This document shows, piece after piece, positions 24,452 through 38,340 of a DNA stretch of 64,000 bases (the stretch's first letter is position 1; each line of letters begins with the position of its first letter). The notes under the pieces were generated by a model. The model made no database searches. It was not told the origin of the DNA and saw only the letters and a list, made by a program, of their open reading frames with translations. This DNA is from Epiperipatus broadwayi. Taxonomy: Eukaryota; Animalia; Onychophora. The position numbers and the translations under genes were made by a program. Location: positions 16,492,001-16,556,000 of the forward strand of contig JAQFVV010000001.1 of assembly GCA_028023455.1 (NCBI GenBank), written 5' to 3'.

Positions 24452-27400
24452 ATGGAAGCTTTTGATCCAGCCTACGGCTGAGAGCTGGTCAAGCTATAAA
24501 GAGTGATTAATATTTTACTTACAGGCTAACTAGATCAAGAAACCTGAGGTAAAAATAGCCACATTAATGACCATAATAGGTTCACAAATATACAAGATCT
24601 TGAAGTCTCAATCTACATCAGAAACTCAGGCTGACCTAGATTTTGACAAAACGTTAGTGATTCTTACAGATTATTTCCCCCCCAAACCTCTGACAATAAC
24701 GCAGAGATATTATTTCAATCTCTGAATCCAAAAATAGGGGAGGAAAGTCACAGAGTTCTTATGCTAAAGTCACAGAGTTTATGACAATAATTCAAACATA
24801 GGTATTAAAGTGTGAATTCAAAGATTTCCTGAATGAAGCACTTCATGATCGTTTTATTTGCGTGATAAACGATCACAACTTAAGACTAAAATTGGTAATG
24901 ATGCCAGATTTAGATTATGAATCAGCTTTAGCTCATCAGGCAAAGCCATTAAAAATATTAATTATGATGGCAAAAAATCAAGCTAAACACTGAGTCGGTC
25001 AGACACTCAGTCAGCTCACATAATTCAGGATCAACCAGTATAAAGCTTATTACGGATGTGATGAACATATGCACACACATACAGAATGCCTGCACCACTG
25101 TACTATATGTACATTTTGCAAGCGAGTTTGATATATAAAATTAGCTTTTCTGAAATTAAAAATATAGATAACCAATATGGGAATGGAAAAAACCATTCCA
25201 AAAAACAGAAAAGGCAATTATAAAAAATAAACAAGTTGCCTGTATAAATAATATATAAGACGATCAATATAGATTATAATTAATGATACCCAGTTACAAT
25301 GGAACTGGACCCAGGGTCTGCAGTGTCCATTGTTTCAAAAAACACTTGGGCTATCATTAATAAGAATAATGAACATAAACTGCATCCTAGCAGCAAGTCA
25401 ATCACAGTCTATCAGAGCAATAAATTTAAAACTGATAGGCCAAGCAACAGTTAAAATTACTATGACTAACAAGACTACACACCTTCCACTGGTGATGGCA
25501 TCAGGTGTAGGTCATGACTGGTTCAGCCACTTAGGATTTGCAGTGACAAAGGTGAACCAGATAACAATATTAAACAAATTAAAATCTGATTATCCAGATA
25601 TAGTCAATAAAAAGATAGATCTATACTTAGGATAACTGATCCATTTATCACTGTATAGAGAGGAAAAACCCATTAGTTGTTGGTACAGATCACTTCCACT
25701 GGCTTTAAGAACTAAAGTGGAAGTAGAGGTTGCAAACAATCTAAAAATATCAAGTCAATCAATTAATATGATTGACTTGGAATCAAATACACCACTGAAC
25801 AGTAAGACAGTGGGTATATGGACCATGAATGACCCTGTCTTACAAAAGTGGACCCAACAGGGTTGGCCAAATGAAAAACCAGATGAGTTGCATTCAGTCT
25901 ACTGGACATGAAGGCTGAATCTCTCAACACGGCTGTATTATTTGGGGATCCAGAGTTGTAATTCCCCCCCTAGCTGGACATTCCCAGGTGCTCAGTCTAT
26001 TACATAATAGACATCTGGGAATTGTCTGAATGAAGATTCTTGCAAGATCATACATGTGGTGACCTTAAATGCTAATATTGAGGCCAAAGTCCACCACTGC
26101 TGGCAGTGCAAAATGAATCAAAACATGCCAGCAATAGACAAAATAAGTCAGTGGCTTAAACGTGAAGGGCCTTGGTCTAGATTCCATGTGGACCATGCAG
26201 GCTCATGGAAAGACAAACTACTGTTGATAGTAGTCAACTCATACTCCAAGTGGATGGAGTGGTGGAAGTCCTATCACTTCAGTTCACAGCAACAATAAAA
26301 GCTCTTAGGAGGCTATTTGCAACACATGGCTTACCTAAAAGAATAGTGTCTGGCACAGCATTTGCAAAAAGTGTATTCAAAAACTTTCATAACAATAATG
26401 GCATTAAGCTAGTATACAGGCCATCATTTCTTCCAGAAAGCAATGGCTAGGCAGAGAGACTAGTTCAAGAAGAAAAAAACTGATAACAAAGATGGATATA
26501 GGAAGCTGAAACACCAGGATTTCCAGTAGACTGTTGGCACAGCACTTCACACCAAGTACAGCAACATGAAAGATTCCAGCAGAACTGCTATTCAATAGAC
26601 AAGTGTGAACCAACCTGTCAGCCCTGAAACCTGATTCTAAATACAAACAAAAAAATATAGCAAAATAAAAGTCAGACAGACACACTCGTGTGCTATGCAG
26701 AATATATAATGGATTCACAAAATGGATCCCAGTGCTGGTTACACAACTGAAAAAACTCTATGCTGTAGTAGTTCAAAAATTAGATGATTATCAACATCAT
26801 CACTACCTAAACCAACTGAGACTAAATCATACAGAAACTGAAGCCAGCAGTAAACAAAACAAATATCCAGGTACAAGCATATCAAGTAAAGATAATGACC
26901 ACCAAACTGAAAACAGTAACAACCCAGATGAATATCCAGGCACAAGACGATCAAACAAGGATGATGATGAACAAGACCTGGGAAACCAACAGAGCAGACA
27001 ACATCATCATTCAGCACATCTATATGACTGTTTTCTAGGGCTAATTTTAGCCAGGGGAAGGAATGTCATATCTCACCTTGCCATCAGAAGTAGACTAGCC
27101 CCATTCCTTTCTTATCTGATTGGAGTGAGCATTCACTGTCACTAACCAATGGATAAACAGATATATAAAACACAGACAGTGTTTAGTACTGACCAATAGG
27201 CAGTGATGCCCTCAGAATCCAATGGCTGCCAATAAGATTGGGATCTGCTAATAAATAATCAGCCTTTTTTGATACAAGCAGAGAATGTCAATCTAACCTA
27301 AATGACTGAACACATTTCTCATTTGAAACCACTGCAAACAGTACATTTCTATTATAATCATTATGTTATAAGTCTACCACAGTGAGGCAAGTCCATGATA

Positions 27401-27649
27401 TGATTGGAAATTGCAAAGACTAGGGTAGACTCGAGGCAAACTGTCTATTCCAGCCAGAAGTCTTGGCTAGCCCTCATGACGCAAGCTATTATATACAGCT
27501 GGAAGTGAGTCCAGTCATTTGGGCATGACCAGACCAGTATCAACTAAGTTTATATATGGGGTATTGTATTTATTGACTGTATAGTATATATATATATATG
27601 TTACTAATAAATTATACTAACTTTTGAGTGTTCATATTTTTTTATAACT
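24452..27649 (+). mobile_element. Ty3/Gypsy (Mag-like) LTR retrotransposon remnant: gag, protease, integrase and 3' LTR; RT-RNase H deleted
   Basis: The gag N-terminus MEAFDP...SWSSYKE...QAN and KIATLMTIIGSQIYKILKS are present. The protease reads MELD(P)GSAVSIV. The integrase gives EAKVHHCWQC and GPWSRFHVDHAG...VVNSYSKW. The PPT AGGGGAAGGAA (27053-27063) abuts TG at 27064. Confidence 0.85.
27064..27649 (+). repeat. Probable 3' LTR of the Gypsy element
   Basis: Starts TGTCATA directly after the PPT, has AATAAA near 27606, and ends TATAAC(T). No matching 5' LTR was seen. Confidence 0.6.
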
Positions 27650-28563
27650 GTCGGTTTGAGTCTGCAATTCAGACCAAACACATTATATTTAATACTTTTG
27701 AAAAATGCTTGAATGATATTGTATTGTGCATTCATTTCTGAATCACACACATCCACGAGTTAATTACTTATGATCTCTTGTCTTCCGAGGCAGCAAAAAT
27801 TATGAAACTTTACAAAATTGCACTATTATTATCAACTTCTGTTAATGAAAGAGATAATAAAAATTTTTAACTTTGATTTTTTGAGATTTTAAAGTCACCC
27901 TTTCTTTGCTTATGCTAGACATTTTTTCAACTTTAAAAAATTAATGAAATTGAGAAATCTATAGCTAGTTTTTTCTTTAGGATTAATTTACAATATGATA
28001 CTGAATTCATTTCATAATTCATAATATTTTTCTTTGAAACCTTTAAATTATTTAATATTAAAATAATCTTCAATATTTTTAAATGTTTTTATTTAATTTA
28101 AGACTGTTGTTTATTTGATTCAAAACTTCCAACTGATTTTTAATCTACTTCTATCAAATAAATTTTCTTTAAATTTTGTTCACGTGTTTCCAGCCTAATA
28201 GTGTTGGTAGGCCACATTTGAACTGCATTTAAATTTATTGGATAGATTTAGAGTGATGCACAATAGATGGCACTATATTTGTAAAAATATGTTTTCATTT
28301 AATTTGATGACTATTATACTAAAAAGCATTTACAATTAATCAAATTAGAAAGGAAAAGAAATGAAGACTGAAATCATAATTTCTCTTGATTATTTACTCA
28401 AAACTTGCTTTTTCAAACCACCGCTTTCATAAACACAACAATCTTGGAATAGTTTTAATATACATGAATTTATAACTCTATAATTTTCTTTCTTTTCTTT
28501 AAATATGTAATCTATGAATAAGGTTGATACCCTAATACAAAAAAAGATTACATTCTATAAGAT

Positions 28564-28914
28564 CAGGGGGGTCCCCAACCTTTTTGCACTTAAGAGCACA
28601 TTCTATAATACTGGCCAGGTAGTGGGCACCATTTATTTTTTCAATGTAAATTTATAGTTGGATATTATTAATAATACACACAATGTACAAAAAATATTTA
28701 TTTCAAAAATAAAATTTTAACATATAATTAACGTTTATATTTTTACACTGTAAAAGTATAGTATGCCCTACAATTTGATTACAATATAATACAATAATTT
28801 ATAAGAGATTTTAAAAATTAAATTTATTTGTATCAGATAAATAATTTTTTATCGTGTTTGGATAGCGGCGGGCACATGTAAAATGGTCTGCGGGCATAGA
28901 GTTGGGGACCCCTG
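28564..28914. mobile_element. hAT (Charlie/Buster-type) MITE
   Basis: TIRs CAGGGGGGTCCCCAAC ... GTTGGGGACCCCTG. The direct repeat CTATAAGAT lies at 28555-28563 and 28915-28923. Confidence 0.9.
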
Positions 28915-28939
28915 CTATAAGATGATTTAAATAATTTGT

Positions 28940-29060
28940 TGAGCATTGCTTTTGATGGGGGGGGGCATAATCAGGTTTTCTTCAATATTAACAGCAGTTA
29001 AATTGACAAGCTGAAGTGCTATGATTATGCCCCCTCCCCCCCATATCGAAAGAATGATCA
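28940..29060. repeat. Short imperfect hairpin (G-run/C-run arms)
   Basis: TGGGGGGGGGCATAATCA at about 28956-28973 pairs with TGATTATGCCCCCTCCCCCCCA at about 29022-29043. Weaker pairing extends outward. Confidence 0.6.
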
Positions 29061-29304
29061 GTTATATTATTTATTTTATTGTTTAACAGAATGTAACTTT
29101 TTTCTATATTAGCATATTAACATTATTTCTAGAAATACATAAATTTAATTTCAAATATTGGAAATACAATATTATTATTTATATTCTCAGTTTTTAAAAT
29201 TGAATACTGTTATAAATATTTTTTCTGTTTATGATAAATGATTTTGAAAAAATGAAGTGACATAGGGATCGGATCGATACAAAAAATAAAAAAATATATA
29301 TATA

Positions 29305-29600
29305 AAATGCTTTTATTTAATTTGATGAGTAATATATTAAAATCAACAATAACAAAAAATTATTGAACCACAATTGGTTATTATATGTAACTTTAAATAA
29401 AAGTGTGGAATGTCCATAAATTAATTAATTCAATCGCTAAAATTTTTTTCTTGAACTGCAATTGGTTATTATATGATTGAATTAATTTATGGGCATCCCA
29501 CACTTTTATTTAAAATTACATATATAATAATCAATTGTGGTGCAAGAAAAAAATACTTTTTGTTTTTTATCCATTACTCATCGGATTAAATAAAAACATT
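29305..29600. repeat. Fold-back palindrome with arms of about 130 bp
   Basis: 29305-29435 pairs with 29475-29600 (e.g. CCACAATTGGTTATTATATGTAACTTTAAATAAAAGTGTGG with CCACACTTTTATTTAAAATTACATATATAATAATCAATTGTGG). The spacer repeats TTGAAC..CAATTGGTTATTATATG. Confidence 0.8.
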
Positions 29601-30708
29601 TTTTTTTTTTTTAGAAAATATTTTTTAGACATATTTAAACTATAGAAGAAAAAAAATGTACCAAAATTTAAAAAATTGTTAAAATATTCAATTATGGTAA
29701 AAAAAGATGGATTACAAAAAATTCTTTAGAATTCGTTAATAAAAATAAATAAAGAAAGAAATAATTTTTAAAACAGTCATTTAGTTTTAAAAATAAAGAG
29801 AATGATTAGATTTAAATAATTAATTATATTAATGAATGAAAGTGCAAATGATAAATATATAGTATTTTTATAAATAAAAAATAATATTTACAATAATTTT
29901 TTTTAAAAAAAAAATCGTTTCTTTTTAATGAAAGATTAATCTTAATTGATAAATAAATAATGTTAAAAGTACAACTCATTTGTATTTATACATAAAAAAA
30001 GATTGGACTAATATATCATTGTCAATATGTGTAAGGATGATATATATATTGAAACGGAATATTTATCCTGTCATATCCATTTTACCTAGTTACTCCTATA
30101 ACCCACTCTGTGCCAGGTTTAAACTTCTAAAAAGTACCTTAAAATGTCTATATGTTTATATAGGTATGATCACACATATATATATATGCGAGCATCAATG
30201 TCTATAACCTAATAGTTATATATAGATTACAGAATATATTTATTTAAAAGTAATGTATAATTTAAGATACAAATTAACTCAATTTATAATTCAGTTTATA
30301 TTTGAATTTGCTTAAATCTCATGTATATACATGTATTATATGTATCACCATCATATATATATATAACGTCTTGTTATTTGATTATTTACTATATTTTCTA
30401 AATTCAATTTAAAATAATCTGTAAATATAAATTCATGTGATGCAAATCTATTAAGAATGGTATGATGAAAAATTATTAAGACAATAAATGTTTGTTGAAA
30501 ATATATTTTATCTTGTAAATAAGATTTAATCAACTGTGTCAATTGCTAAAATCTTGTGGGAAAGTAAATGATCAAATCTTAGAAAATATCCTGTTCAAGG
30601 AATAATATAAAAGACATGAGTTATTTTTGGTACTTAAAAATATAAAATTTAAATGTGCTAATTGCTTGTTTCACTTATCAACAACAATTAAAAGTGAAAA
30701 TGGTAATA

Positions 30709-31036
30709 CACCTGGGTCTCATTTTATGCAGTAGATAGGTTCTGCAGAAAACACCACATTAAAAAAAAATCACAGAAGTAGACTTAATTTACCTTGAAAA
30801 TTGGAGATAGGGTCTGTAATTTTCAGAAATTGCATAAAAGCAGAGCAATAAGGAAAAATTACTTTAAAATTCACATAAAAAAAAAAGGAAATAAAGCATG
30901 ACTAATAAAAAATTTCAAATATTTGAAAAAAATTGATACAAGACAACCTTCCCCCCCTTTTTTTATTAACTACAGTATTTAATTTTACATTTTTCATACA
31001 TATTTTAATTATTATCGCAATTTGACAATATGTGTC
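30709..31036. mobile_element. Tc1/mariner-type MITE, copy 2 (left part only)
   Basis: TA followed by CACCTGGGTCTCATTTTATGCAG. Aligns to 459-786, then is cut off by the piggyBac remnant. Confidence 0.8.
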
Positions 31037-32520
31037 ATTGAAATTTTGTTTTTTTAAAATGACGTAAAAACTACAAGCATGATGTCAAGAGAAATCACAG
31101 CATTTGTTTTGTTTTTCAATTTTCTTTTGAATATGTTGAAATCTGAAAAAAATTGAATTTCTTATAAATATTTTTATTTGTACCTTCATTTAATTTTTTT
31201 ATTTTTTGCTAAGTTTACTATTTTTCATGAAGAAGACAAAGGCAGAAATTTTTAAATGGCCAAAGAGCTTACAAAAATGGATTAAAAATGTGCTGATAAA
31301 ATTCATATTTCAAGGCCTTCAAAATGTAATTAAAATATCAGGTCGTATTAAAAAAAAATATTTTTAATTATTTGAATAATAAATTTTTTAAAATTATTTA
31401 ATAAATGGTATGTTTGCATTTGTATTGGTGTCTGTGTAGTATATAAAATATATATCATTTATGTTCTTTATTATATGTATATAAATTTAAACATTTATAT
31501 TCAAATACAACAAAAGTAGTTTATGTAATTTTGGGGCTCTGAATTAGAATATCGGGTTGTAAGTATTAAAATTTTTTACTTTTAAATATTTGAAAATTAA
31601 TTTTTTTTAAATTATTTGATAAGTGGTATGTTTGCGTATGTATTGATGTCTGTTTTGTATATAGAAATTATATATCATTTATGCTCTTTATTATATGTAT
31701 ATAAATTTAAACATTTGTATTCAAATACAAAAAAAGTAGTTTATGTAATTTTGGGGCTCAGATCTAAGTTTAGACAATCTTATTTTCTAGACATAATGAT
31801 TTTCAAAAGGTTTAATAATTTATTACTATGTTTATATTTATATTACTGTGTTTGTAATTACAGGTTTGTGTTTATATAACAAGTAATGTCTATATATATA
31901 TAAAATTAAGATAGTATAAAGCTGTACAATGTAAATTTTAGGACTGATTATCAAATATACAGAAATTTTGCAGTTGACAAAGCAATCACAAAATTTACTG
32001 GGCATAGTACCATGTCAAAATATAAACACTTAAAACCAACAAAGAAAGAGATTTCAAATGGTGTGTGTGTGTGTGTGTGTAGATAACCACAATAGTTATG
32101 TATATACCACATGAAATTATATGCAGACAAAGAATCAAATTCTGATTTTTGCCTATGCCTTGGTACTCATGCTGTGGAGTCAGTAGTTTTGCCACATCTT
32201 GCATCACATTATTTTCAATTCTATAGCTAGCAAATGAGCTATATGCAAATAAATTATATCTCTGTGGGACAATAAATATAACAAGATGCATCACTGGTGT
32301 GCATAAAAATATAAACATCACTCATGTACACAAAAAAATATAAAATGAAGGGATGAAACTCATTTCATCAGTAATACAGACAGTAACCTACAATTTCTAG
32401 TTTTAGATAAACAAGAAGCCAATTGCTATGATAACAAATGCATATCCATATTCTGGAAATGATTTGTTTTGTATCTTTTATTAGGATGAACCTATAGATG
32501 CCTTTGAAATTTGTCATCTT
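31037..32520 (+). mobile_element. piggyBac transposase remnant (PGBD-like), decayed
   Basis: 31971-32060 reads AVDKAITKFTGHSTMSKYKHLKPTKK, matching piggyBac VDExMIxFKGRxxxKQYxPxKPxKxG. KLYLCGT matches xYACGT. An internal duplication of about 155 bp lies at about 31385-31540 and 31605-31760. Confidence 0.7.
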
Positions 32521-34632
32521 TGGGGTATAAAATAAAAATGAAGAACTCATATGCAACTTATTTGGGAGATTCCGAAGCTATGGATTATCTCAGGTAAGAA
32601 GTATTATATATGGTTTGAAAGATAATTTTGTGAGGAATACAAAGAAATTATCAATGAAGATGTAATTTAGACTTAGATAATGATAAATTAGAAATTATGA
32701 ACAAACAAAGTAATAATTATGTCAAATGTTGACATTTCTTTTTTTCATTATTTTTTAAATGGTTATCACTATTTATCTTAGCCTTATTGCTTTCCTTAGT
32801 TTTCTAGTTTCTATGAATGTAAAGCTTTTGTTCTAACATTATGGAAACTGAAGTTATTGTGAAAATTGTGAGTCAAGTCAGTTTTTTAAAAATTCAATAT
32901 GGCGTCAAGGACAGTGAACTAGTTAAATTGACTTCATTTGTTTAGACATAATCTTTAGTAAATTTACTTTCAAGATTTGTCTTACACATTATTTGATATT
33001 ATGATAGATTCATTTTCTCTTATGTGAAATGATCTATCATAAAACATATTTCTTCAGGTTTCACAAAATTTTGGCTAGATATCTTTAATTCACTGCTAGC
33101 CATATAGTTGGTCAATGCTTGACAAACAATCAACAAGGGTTCCATAGCAGGCTACATTATAAAAGTTATCAATTCCTTAAATATAAATCATTTTCCATAG
33201 TGGAGAAAATACAATAATAACTTATACTTCTCCAACTATATTTTTACTATTTTGTAATAGTTTGTATGCATTAAGCTTTTGGCTGACTACTGCTAACAAT
33301 TTACTTTCACTTATGATTAAGCTTTCTAATTTCTAGTTTCTAACAAAGTCTTAGCTATAGAATCAAATTTAGACTTAATTGCAGTTTGAATAAAAATTCT
33401 GAATAAAACCTCCTCTTTAATATCTGATGGTTACTTACATTATTTCTGTTTATTGACAAATAGATTAACTCTTACAATTTAATTATTTTTTACTTTACTA
33501 TTTTTGGTGAAAAGGACTTTTTCCTTTTCCATAATTAAAATGATTTTTTTGTTTGATAAATCTAGAAATGACTTTTTTACAAAAGTTTTTTTAATATGTT
33601 ATATATATATAAAATTATTTAATTTATAGATATTTTATTAATTTCAATTAAATTTATCTTTATAATTTAATAATTTAATACAAAATCATAACCTATTGAT
33701 TTCAGATTTTTACTCCAAATTAATAAGATTATTGTTTAGTCTTTCTTCAATTTTATTTGAATTTGAAAAATTGATTTAATGATACAAAATAATTTATTTT
33801 ATTTTTTTCCCCTCCCCCATACAAATAAATATTAATTTAATTATATACCTCAATAATTTTTATTCAGAGACAGTTGTAAGATATTCTTTTATTATAGTAT
33901 ATTTTTGATTGTACACACACATATCTTCATTTGTCATTTTTCTATAGTTTATAGATAAATAAAGAAAACAATTCAATGTCATATATTTAATATGTTTATT
34001 TGTTTTGAATAAATCTTGAATAAGTGAATCATTTATTTATTAAAATTTTAAAAATATTTTGTTATGTTATATCAATTGACAACAATGCTTTATTAAAATT
34101 AAAAGAAAGAAATCACATGTTTAAAAACTAGTGTTTAAAAATATAGACGGCATTGTTTGTGTTACTATAGAGACAGAAACAATTTCAGAAGAAAGAACAC
34201 ATACTTTCTTTCCTTTAAAAAATTGGTTTTAATCTTACTTTATTTTATGAATAATTTTGAACTAATAGAAAAAATATATACTATGGGTAAAACAACTTAG
34301 AGAAAGGGGGGATGGAAGCTCCTTCTTTGTTTGGTGTATGGGATTAAAGCCAAGTAAATGCCAACAAAAACACTATGCTTACCACCAGCAATCTAAGACT
34401 ACTAGGGTTACTTGGATTGTAATATGGATAAAGAAAAAGTAATTGGACAACATTCAAGAAATAAAATGTCTATGGAGCCTTACATATGTGTGTGCTAGCA
34501 TGAAGGAAGTTTCAAAGGGAACTGCTGCAAAATATGAAAATAAAATCAAAGTTTTATGTATGCTAATAATAACAGATACTCAGATAAAAAAAAATCACTT
34601 ATCAACAACAGTTAAAAGTAAAAGTGGTAATA

Positions 34633-35932
34633 CACCTGGGTATTGTTTTATGCAGTATATAGGTTCTGCAGAAAACCCGCATTAAAAAAAAGCACACAAA
34701 AATAGACTTACCTTGAAAAATGGGAGATATGTTCTGTAATTTTCATTAAAAGCAAAGCAATAAAAAAAAACTACTTTAAAATTCGCATAAAAAATAAAGA
34801 AATAAAGTATGACTAATAAAAAATTTCAAATATTTGAAAGAAATTGATACAAGGCAAAATTTTTTGTTAACTACAGTATTTAATTTTACAGTTTTTCATA
34901 CCTATTTTAATCATTATCACTATTTTACAATATGCAGTTTGTTTGTGAACTGGTAAGAAATCAGATTCCTCACAAGAGGAAGTATAGCTACCTTCAGTCT
35001 TATGCTGTGTTAATGGTTTTCTGTTGACAATGTAATCGGTGATTAAACTTTGAGATGATGATTTTACTAATTGTTTATAAAGCTCATGATATCCAGACAT
35101 ACAACTATTTAGCTCTCATTGGAATTTAAGAAGTTGTTCATTGCAACAAACTCAGATTTCAGCATTTTCTAATGGTTTTCTTTGTCCCACACATTAATGT
35201 AAAATCTATGATTAAATGATTATTACTTAACAGAAAATAATAAATTTGTCTACATTTGATAGATATTTTTGTTTACTACTGAAATAAATTTTAAATGTTC
35301 ACATTTGGTTCTATATTTAAAAAATGAGATCACAATCAATACAAAAAGATTATACATTATCATTAGTAATATTTACTGAGGCTATAACCTCGATAATATG
35401 CATGTAAAAATGCGATAGGGGACCTCTACAGGTGTTTTAACCACAAGCTTATGCTATGGAATTAGAAAGATTATTTTCAGTTTACAAAATCAACAAAATC
35501 TTCATTATTTCTGATTATTTTTAAAAATCTAAAAGAATATTTATTTCTGTTATATCTAATTAAATATGTTTTAAAAGTTTAAATTTTTTAAATATTTATT
35601 GCGATATTTTAATACTTTTAAGTATAAATCTATTATTATTATTTACTTATAAGTATAAGTAGGTTATTTACATAGAAGCTAAAATTCTAAATAGCTTCAG
35701 GCTATATTCATGTTAGCTGCTAAGATAACATTATATTTTTTAAAAAAAAAAAGTATTTCAAGTCAAAATAAGTTATTAATAATTTAAATTTTTTGATATC
35801 TAATAAATATAGTGAAATATGAACTTCTTTATCACATAAAAGAAAACCCACATAAAAAGATATTAAGAAGAAACATGAATTGCATAACTTGAAAATCGCA
35901 TTAAAAAATCTGCATAAAACGAGACCCATGTG
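34633..35932. mobile_element. Tc1/mariner-type MITE, copy 3 (complete, longer internal part)
   Basis: TA-CACCTGGGTATTGTTTTATGCAG ... CTGCATAAAACGAGACCCATGTG-TA. It has about 0.45 kb of internal sequence absent from copy 1. Confidence 0.85.
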
Positions 35933-36325
35933 TATTTATAAATGTTTATAAAATCTTTCTTCTAAGTTAATAGTATTGATTACAGTGCAGTCTAGGCATG
36001 TTATTCGATAACTTTAAATAATCAAGTAAAGTAAAAGATCAATTAAAATATAAATAGTATTTGCATAGCTTAATCTGAATTATAAATAACTTTATAAAAA
36101 AAAAGATTACTTGATTTTTATTTTTTTTTAAAAGATAATATTAAATTTTTTTCATATATTTTGCATGAAAGAAAATCTATGGTTAACCCTTTCTTGACTA
36201 AATGCATAAATAATTTTAATTATAAACTATATAGGTACTAGTTGGTTAGGTGTACTGTGGCTGCTAGACAACGCTGCAGTACCATCAAGAATGCCCAAGA
36301 AGCCTGCAAGTGATAAATTTCTATC

Positions 36326-36620
36326 CAAAAATCACTGAAATCAACAAATTAAAATGCCTAAGGTAAAGTAAATGGAACAAATCCTTCTAAAATGCAAAAA
36401 AAAAAAAAAATAAATGAAGAAAACGCTATAAAATTCTAATAAAAAAAAAAAAAATCAGTGAAAATACGTCAAACACACACACACACACCAGAATGAATAA
36501 TTCTATCAAAAAATCACTGAAATCAAAAAATTAAAATGTATAATGCAAAGTAAATTGAGCAAATCCTTCTAAAATACAAATTAAAAAAAAAATTGGAAGA
36601 AAACACTATAAAATTCAAAT
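36326..36620. repeat. Tandem duplication, period about 180 bp
   Basis: AAAAATCACTGAAATCAA...CAAATCCTTCTAAAAT...GAAGAAAAC.CTATAAAATTC occurs twice. Confidence 0.8.
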
Positions 36621-37129
36621 TACAAAAACAAAAACTACAATACTAAATGTCAAAAAAATTAACAAAGCTTCATTAATGGCGGATGGTGCTTCATTAATGG
36701 CAGGAATGCAGTACATTTAAAAAAATATTCCTCTGGCTTTCAATACTATTACATGGAGTGTAATAATCCACAAACCTTAATAACAGATTAATAGTTAAGT
36801 AATTAAATATAGATGATAAATGAGCTCATAGTGATCTGTTGTTATCTCTTAGAATAGATTTCAAAGCAGCGATTTATATCAGCTAAAATACACAGGAGAG
36901 CTTCTAATTGTCTTTCTCAAAAAAAAAAAATTGATTATTCTCTGCTTTGAAATTATGACATATCATAACATATGAACTTAAAAATGAAATGAAATAATTA
37001 GAATAGAAAATAGGCATGGCTTCAGATTATAGAAAGGTTAAAATTATAACTGATTACAGTTACAGGAAAAATTATTAAAATATTATAAGTTTTTAAAATA
37101 TATTTATAGAGCTCCAAAAATATTCACAT

Positions 37130-38340
37130 AAGGTGTCTATAAGAAAAAGATCCATCCTAATAAAAGATACAAAACAAATCATTTCCAGAAGATGGATATG
37201 CATTTGTCATCATAGCAATTGGCTGCTTGTCTATATAAAACTAGAAATTGTAGGCTACTGTCTGTATCACTGATAAAATGAGTTTCATCTCTTTATTATA
37301 TATATATATTTGTGTATATCAGTGATGTTTATATTCTTTATGCATTCCAGTGATGCTATTTTGTTATATTTATTGTCCCACATAAATATAATTTATTTGC
37401 ATATAGTTCATATATTAGCAATAGACTTGAGAATAATGTGATGTAAAATGTGGCAAAACTATTGAGTCCACAGTATGAGTATCAATGCATAGGCAAGAAT
37501 CAGAATTTGATTCTTTGCCTTCATACAATTCCATGTGGTATATGCATAACCATGTGGCTATCATTAAACACACATCATTTGAAATCTTTTTTTATTGGTT
37601 TTAAGTGTTTATATTTTCACATGTTATTATGCCCAGTAAATTGTGTGATTGTTTTATCAACTGCAACCTTTATGTACATTTGATGATCAGTTTTTAAAAT
37701 TTACATTGCACTGCTCTATATATGTAAATCATTACTTGTTATACAACATGCAAGAGTAAACACACCATATAAACATAATAATAAATTATTAACAAACTTG
37801 GATCAAAGATACAAAATTACTGTACATATGAATACTAATTTATATATCGTATAATAAAGAGCATAAATGATTTAAATATTATATAATTTATATACTACAC
37901 ACACACACACACACCAATGTAAATGCAAATTAATAAATTATACCATTTATCAAATAATTAAAAAAAAATTAAAAATATTATTAAAAAAAATTAAAAAAGT
38001 ATATTTACGACTGATATTCTGTGATTATGTTCAGATCTCATTCAAAGCCTTGAATGTGAATTATCAACATATTTTTAATCCACTTTAGTAACATAATGTG
38101 GCTGATAAAAATTTTCTGTCTTTATTGCCTCATGTAAACTAGAAAACTGACCAAAATAAAAAAAAATGAAATGTGCCTATTAATAAAAATAAATAAATAA
38201 GAAATTCAAATTTTGTTCGATTTTAACCCAAGAGAAGTCATTGCAAAGAGATTTTTAAGACACATTGAATGCCAGAATTTCTGTTGACATCATGCTTATA
38301 GTTTTCCTGTAATTTAAAAAAGAAAACAAAAATTCAATCA
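37130..38340 (-). mobile_element. Second piggyBac remnant, inverted relative to 31037-32520
   Basis: Its reverse complement aligns along 31037-32520. It reads VAVDKTITQFTGHNNM*KYKHLKPIKK near 37590-37665. Confidence 0.7.

Noticed and set aside
26404-27145. ORFs 26404-26718, 26690-27145 and 26739-27017 as independent genes
   Set aside because: They lie in the decayed integrase C-terminus and 3' region of the Gypsy element and are low-complexity.
36183-37041. Possible piggyBac MITE (TTAA-CCCTTTCT ... AGAAAGG-TTAA)
   Set aside because: Only about 8 bp of inverted match beyond TTAA, which is insufficient in AT-rich DNA.
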